Positions 59,737 through 64,000 of a stretch of DNA of 64,000 nt are shown piece by piece. Numbering within the stretch: the stretch's first letter is position 1; the number at the start of each line of letters is the position of its first letter. Both the position numbers and the translations under genes were made by a program. Origin of the DNA: Candidatus Uhrbacteria bacterium GW2011_GWC2_41_11 (GTDB lineage Bacteria; Patescibacteriota; Patescibacteriia; UBA9934; GWF2-40-263); the NCBI GenBank assembly GCA_000996355.1, contig LCAH01000007.1, positions 11,089 to 75,088 of the forward strand. The letters run 5' to 3'. A model generated the notes under the pieces. It was given only the letters and a program-made list of their open reading frames with translations. It had not been told where the DNA came from and made no database searches.

Positions 59737-60840
59737 ATGTACGGGTCAGCACTTGGTCGATTTGTCATGTTTGTTCTTTTTGCCATGCTTTTTTGTGTGC
59801 CTCTATTGGCACATGGTCAGACCTGTCCGGTCGGGGATGGAAAACCGCTCAAAGTAGGGGTTTCTATCTTCGAACCTATGGTTATAAAGGTAGCTGATGG
59901 AGCATTTTCAGGTTTCGAAATCGAACTTTTCGAAAAGGTAGCCAAGGAACTTGGTTGTACGTTCATATATCAGGAGTTCAAGTTTTCAGAGATGCTACAA
60001 GAACTCGAAGCGAATCGGATCGACGTCGCACTCGGCGGCATCAGTATCACTGCAAATCGTGAGCTCGGAGGCGTGGATTTTTCCCAGCCATTCTATGACT
60101 CCGGTATTGCCGTCATGGCAAGAAAGGAAATCAACGGATCAAATTTTCTTGAAACCATGATCCGACTGTGGCACTCGCCGCTTCCGAGACACTGTTCGTG
60201 GTTGCTTATCTACATTTTTCTCCTTTCGCATTTTGTGTGGTGGATGGACAAAGGTCATGAGAATATCAATGACAATTATTTGCCAGGGATATTCGAAGCG
60301 ATCTTTTTCGTGTGCACGACTATCACGACCGTCGGATACGGGGATTTCACGGCCAAGAAGTGGGCCACGCGTGCCGCAACTATTCTCGTGATGTTCACAG
60401 GAATCGGTATCGCGGGCATCATTTTTTCGGACGTTGCCGCGCTTACGATGAGCGAGGCTGAACAACAATACAGTATTGGATCCGTGAAGGATTTAGAAGG
60501 GAAGACGGTCGCCACAGTCGCCGGAACGACAAGTGCTTATGCACTCCGTCGATATGCCACAACTGTTCAAACGGTTTCGGATGTCGCGAAGGCGTATGAC
60601 ATGCTCGTAAACGGTCAGGTGGATGGCGTGGTTTTTGATCTTCCACCACTCAAGTTCCATGAGGTTCGACAGGGTGCAGGAAGATTGGTGGTTCTTCCGG
60701 ATTTTCTCGTAAAAGAGAAATATGGAATTGCGTTTCCATTCGGGAGTCCGTTGCGTGAATCTGTGAGCGGTCTCATTCTCACCTTTCAGGAGGACGGAAG
60801 GTATAGATACATCTGCCGCCGTTACTTTGATGGACAGTAG
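59737..60840 (+). CDS. GluR0-like ligand-gated K+ channel (split solute-binding domain flanking a K+ pore)
   Basis: SGFEIEL, ISITANRE..VDFSQPFY, TTVGYGD filter, EKYGIAFP. Confidence 0.9.
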   Translation: MYGSALGRFVMFVLFAMLFCVPLLAHGQTCPVGDGKPLKVGVSIFEPMVIKVADGAFSGFEIELFEKVAKELGCTFIYQEFKFSEMLQELEANRIDVALGGISITANRELGGVDFSQPFYDSGIAVMARKEINGSNFLETMIRLWHSPLPRHCSWLLIYIFLLSHFVWWMDKGHENINDNYLPGIFEAIFFVCTTITTVGYGDFTAKKWATRAATILVMFTGIGIAGIIFSDVAALTMSEAEQQYSIGSVKDLEGKTVATVAGTTSAYALRRYATTVQTVSDVAKAYDMLVNGQVDGVVFDLPPLKFHEVRQGAGRLVVLPDFLVKEKYGIAFPFGSPLRESVSGLILTFQEDGRYRYICRRYFDGQ

Positions 60841-60956
60841 GAGGCAGTTCAATTTTTGCCCCGTGTCAGTGTTTGACGCGGGGTTTTATATTTTGGCGGG
60901 ATGAAATCAAAAACAAAAAAAGACCTCCTGAATGGAAGTCCGTCTGCGAGTTTGTT

Positions 60957-62159
60957 CTACTTTTGTGCACCAGGCCCAGGCTGCATCCGTATGTTCAACG
61001 CGAGGTCCTGGGCCGTTTTTACCTTCAAGAAGTCCATGATGTCCGGACCTGTGTTTCCACTGCCCTGACCCATCTGCACTTCGGGAACCCAGCGCTGCTT
61101 GCCGAGCTCGGCCGCATATGCCTTGTTGACCTCGACCCATGCCGTCAGCTTTTTGTCGAGCGCACCATCCGCATCCATGACCGCACGTTTGCGGGCTGCC
61201 TCACCTTCGCCGAGAAGAATCTGTTCTTTCTTGGTGAACTCCGCGGCGTTCATATTGAGTTCGGCAACCGCCTTCTTCTGCTCGGCCTCGGTCACGGCTT
61301 TTGCCTTGAGAACTTCCTGTTCCCATTTGGCCTTGGCAGCCGCAGCTTGACCTTCCTTCTCCGCAGTGATGGCACTTTGTTCGGCTTTGCGCGCTTCGGC
61401 CATGGCGGTCTGGACCTGCATCAAAGCTTCCTGCTGTTGCGTGATTTGCTTTTCAACAACCTCATCATACGTCACTTCGTTGATGGTGAAGTTGCTGGCC
61501 TTGATGTTGAGTGCCTCGAGCGGTGAAGCTTCCTGACGCAAAACCGTTCCGTCCGCTCCTTTCATGAGTTTGACAATCGAGACCGTCTTCTCTTTCCCGG
61601 AAAGCGGATCGGTTTCTCGAACTTCTTCCGTTTCGGTTTTATAAACACCATGAGATACTTGATCCCCGATGTCCTGAATCATATCGCTACGTTTTTCCGC
61701 GTAGCTTTCCTTCGAACTCATGAGCGGACCGGTCATATAGACTGCCTTGCTGACCACGGTTCGAATCAAATCTTGTTCTATTGCCGCTTGCGAACCATAC
61801 CGCGTGTGAATGGTTCGCAAATGAACATCATCCAGCGGAAGATCAAATCGAAGACTTCCCGAGACATTCGCGTGACCGCCATCATTGAATCGGACACGAA
61901 TAGACTGATCTTTGGTTTCGCCTTCATCGGTTTTGGCAGAGAACCAGTATTGAGATGACTTTTTGTATTTTGTCACCCGACCGAAATTCTGGAAGTACGT
62001 ACCTGGATCCTTCCAGAAATGCAGTTCTCCGTCGAATGGATCCTGCATGATGGCAATCTCGTCCGCGCCGACTGTTTCAACGACGCTCCCAAGCATGGTC
62101 GCGCCGACAAATGCCAAAATAATCGTAACGATGATGCCAAAAATTGCACGTGGACTCAT
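60957..62159 (-). CDS. SPFH/band 7 domain protein with coiled coil
   Basis: TM, VRFNDGGHANVSG, AEA/AEK-rich coil; AAGGAGG RBS. Confidence 0.85.
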   Translation of the reverse strand: MSPRAIFGIIVTIILAFVGATMLGSVVETVGADEIAIMQDPFDGELHFWKDPGTYFQNFGRVTKYKKSSQYWFSAKTDEGETKDQSIRVRFNDGGHANVSGSLRFDLPLDDVHLRTIHTRYGSQAAIEQDLIRTVVSKAVYMTGPLMSSKESYAEKRSDMIQDIGDQVSHGVYKTETEEVRETDPLSGKEKTVSIVKLMKGADGTVLRQEASPLEALNIKASNFTINEVTYDEVVEKQITQQQEALMQVQTAMAEARKAEQSAITAEKEGQAAAAKAKWEQEVLKAKAVTEAEQKKAVAELNMNAAEFTKKEQILLGEGEAARKRAVMDADGALDKKLTAWVEVNKAYAAELGKQRWVPEVQMGQGSGNTGPDIMDFLKVKTAQDLALNIRMQPGPGAQK

Positions 62160-62178
62160 GATAGTCCTTCCTCCTTTT

Positions 62179-62553
62179 TCAGGTTCGTTCCTTCCCAACC
62201 GTCAATCCATTTTGGCGACTGGATTCTGCCATTCCATCTTTTTTATGTTCGTCTGGAAACAGGGTAGAAAGAGAGGTTTCAAACGCCTTTTGTTCGAGGC
62301 GAGCTGTTTCTCCTTTCAGTTGAGCTATTTCCACCTTTTTTGCGGCTGCTGTTCTTTTTGCCTCAGCGGTTTTGAGTTGTTCCTCTGTTTCCCGAAGTTC
62401 TTCCTCTGCCGTCTTCTGTCCATTTTTTGATTTTTTTCCGAAGAAAAGAGGGAAGATTACTTTTCCTTTGACCAGCGGAACAAAGATTTGAGAGATCCAA
62501 AAGAGAAGGAACAACGCCATGATAGCGTATTCCATCACGCGTACGATGATCAT
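62179..62553 (-). CDS. single-TM coiled-coil protein upstream of the SPFH gene
   Basis: AGGAGG RBS; QIFVPL...IFPLF. Confidence 0.75.
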   Translation of the reverse strand: MIIVRVMEYAIMALFLLFWISQIFVPLVKGKVIFPLFFGKKSKNGQKTAEEELRETEEQLKTAEAKRTAAAKKVEIAQLKGETARLEQKAFETSLSTLFPDEHKKDGMAESSRQNGLTVGKERT

Positions 62554-62701
62554 AACGCCTCCTGTAAAAGAACGTGCCATAAAACAACCAATTTGTTTCG
62601 TGACAGACTGAAAAATCTATCATAATGAATTTTGTTTTGTCAAATATTTGTTCTTTGTTTAAAACAAAAATCCCAACCAAGAAATGGTCGGGAAATGTTT
62701 G

Positions 62702-63202
62702 TCAGAGAGTTTTTTCTATCCATGGAATGACTCCTATGACACACAACATACTCGTGATCAATCCGAAGCCCGCAAAGAGCATATTGAATGGGAAAATAGC
62801 TATTCCTTGTGGAATAGTCACTTTGATTCCATTTTCACTTGTATCAAGCAAAGTTTCCCGAAGCTTCATGAGTATGTTGGTTTTTTCCAACTGTGAGGCT
62901 TCCGGACTCACCTTTTCGAGTTCTGTGAATGACGCTTTGAGATTCTGATACCAGAATCCAATATCTTCATTCGGAGTGTTATAGATGATTGATGTATAAC
63001 CTTTTGTGAGGTTATTTGCCTCAAGATATTTGAGACTGGTTTCAAGTTCGGTTTTGGCCATCTCGATTGTACTGGCATCTGCTGCTCGTTTCAGATGACC
63101 GCCACATTCCTGATTGAATTGGATCGAAACAATGACTCGTAAACCAATCCATACCAAGAAGGAGAGAACGAATAAAACTGTCATGCCTTTTGTTACACGC
63201 AT
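62702..63202 (-). CDS. hypothetical membrane protein
   Basis: TM - CGGHLKRAADA...GYTSIIY..P.EDIGFWYQNL - TM. Confidence 0.75.
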   Translation of the reverse strand: MRVTKGMTVLFVLSFLVWIGLRVIVSIQFNQECGGHLKRAADASTIEMAKTELETSLKYLEANNLTKGYTSIIYNTPNEDIGFWYQNLKASFTELEKVSPEASQLEKTNILMKLRETLLDTSENGIKVTIPQGIAIFPFNMLFAGFGLITSMLCVIGVIPWIEKTL

Positions 63203-63292
63203 GTTTTTCTCCAACCGATTGTTTTTGTCCGGTCTTTGAAAGAGATTTAAAAAGAACGGACAGAGATTTATAGCAGACAAAAGTGACTTTTG

Positions 63293-64000
63293 TCAAACCA
63301 CAGCCTCTTTCCAACATGTTTTTATTTCTCGATTTGTTTTTAAAAGTTCTTGAAATCGTTCAGCACTGAGAACACTTGGAACAATGACATAAGTTGCACC
63401 TGTAGCATAACAAATGTCCGCATCCTCACTTTGTTTGACAGTAACAATCACAACGCCTTTGTATTTGTGTGTGTGAAGATAATCCAAAAGGGATGTGCTG
63501 ATGGAAACATCTGGAATGGTCGAGATAATAAGTTTTGCATGTTCCACACGCAGGTCTTCAAGAAAATGTTCGTCTCCTGCATCTCCATACACGAACGGAA
63601 TATCTTGTTCAGCAAGTGTTTGTACAGCCTGCGGATCAAAATCAACCACCAAAATTTTTTTATACAATTTTTGGAGTTGCGGAAGAAGAATGGTGCCCAT
63701 ACGATGATAACCGAAAAGGATTGCTTGCGGACCAGTTGCGTGTCTTCGTGCATGTTCTTCATGTTTGATACGTCCTTTTTCCAACCACCGCAAAAGAGGA
63801 CGGAAGTGTTCGTACAGTTGTTCATTGTACTTGATGAGATAGGTGGAAACACCAATGGTTAAAAGTCCGACGAAGGTGGCCAAAGGAAGAATTGTGACGG
63901 GAATATATCCTGCGACAATGCCTGCTCCAAGCATAATAAAAGAAAATTCAGAAATTTGACCAACGGTTGTCCCGGCAAGAAATCCTGTTTGTGGATGGTA
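63293..64000 (-). CDS. Kef-type (CPA2) cation:proton antiporter with TrkA-N domain, 5' truncated by the window edge
   Basis: Frame stays open to the edge with GQISEFSF; GYHRMG, VVDFDP, YGDA. Confidence 0.9.
   Translation of the reverse strand, partial: YHPQTGFLAGTTVGQISEFSFIMLGAGIVAGYIPVTILPLATFVGLLTIGVSTYLIKYNEQLYEHFRPLLRWLEKGRIKHEEHARRHATGPQAILFGYHRMGTILLPQLQKLYKKILVVDFDPQAVQTLAEQDIPFVYGDAGDEHFLEDLRVEHAKLIISTIPDVSISTSLLDYLHTHKYKGVVIVTVKQSEDADICYATGATYVIVPSVLSAERFQELLKTNREIKTCWKEAVV

Noticed and set aside
54850-63202. Prophage
   Set aside because: No integrase, terminase, capsid, tail or replication genes recognised
1-64000. UGA-to-Gly recoding (code 25)
   Set aside because: Core genes are full length in code 11 and several end at TGA

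Overview
A 64-kb bacterial chromosomal segment in standard code 11. Gene content and style suggest a Patescibacteria/CPR organism, possibly Uhrbacteria-like (inference). The core backbone is rplI-pyrG, rpmA, nfu-mraY-ftsW-murG, murD, divIC, a SurA/PrsA-like gene, rlpA, ftsEX, a Gre factor, ftsI-murF, a Kef-type antiporter and five tRNAs (Lys, Thr, Gly, Gln, Glu). Many accessory genes are interleaved, often each with its own TTGACA promoter, AGGAG ribosome-binding site and terminator. Most notable: (1) a full-length major vault protein (MVP) homolog; (2) a pseudokinase + vWA + divergent adenylosuccinate-synthetase-like operon; (3) a ~1200-aa protein fusing a putative ADP-ribosyltransferase-like domain to an OAS/cGAS/CCA-class nucleotidyltransferase; (4) four ERIC-like, mostly TA-flanked palindromic elements, two of which share a 24-bp hairpin with repeats at the tRNA-Gln 3' end beside a GIY-YIG gene; (5) two acidic paralogs with a shared core in swapped position; (6) a GluR0-like K+ channel, an SPFH protein and a translin homolog. 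All calls are by-eye motif recognition; no searches were run.
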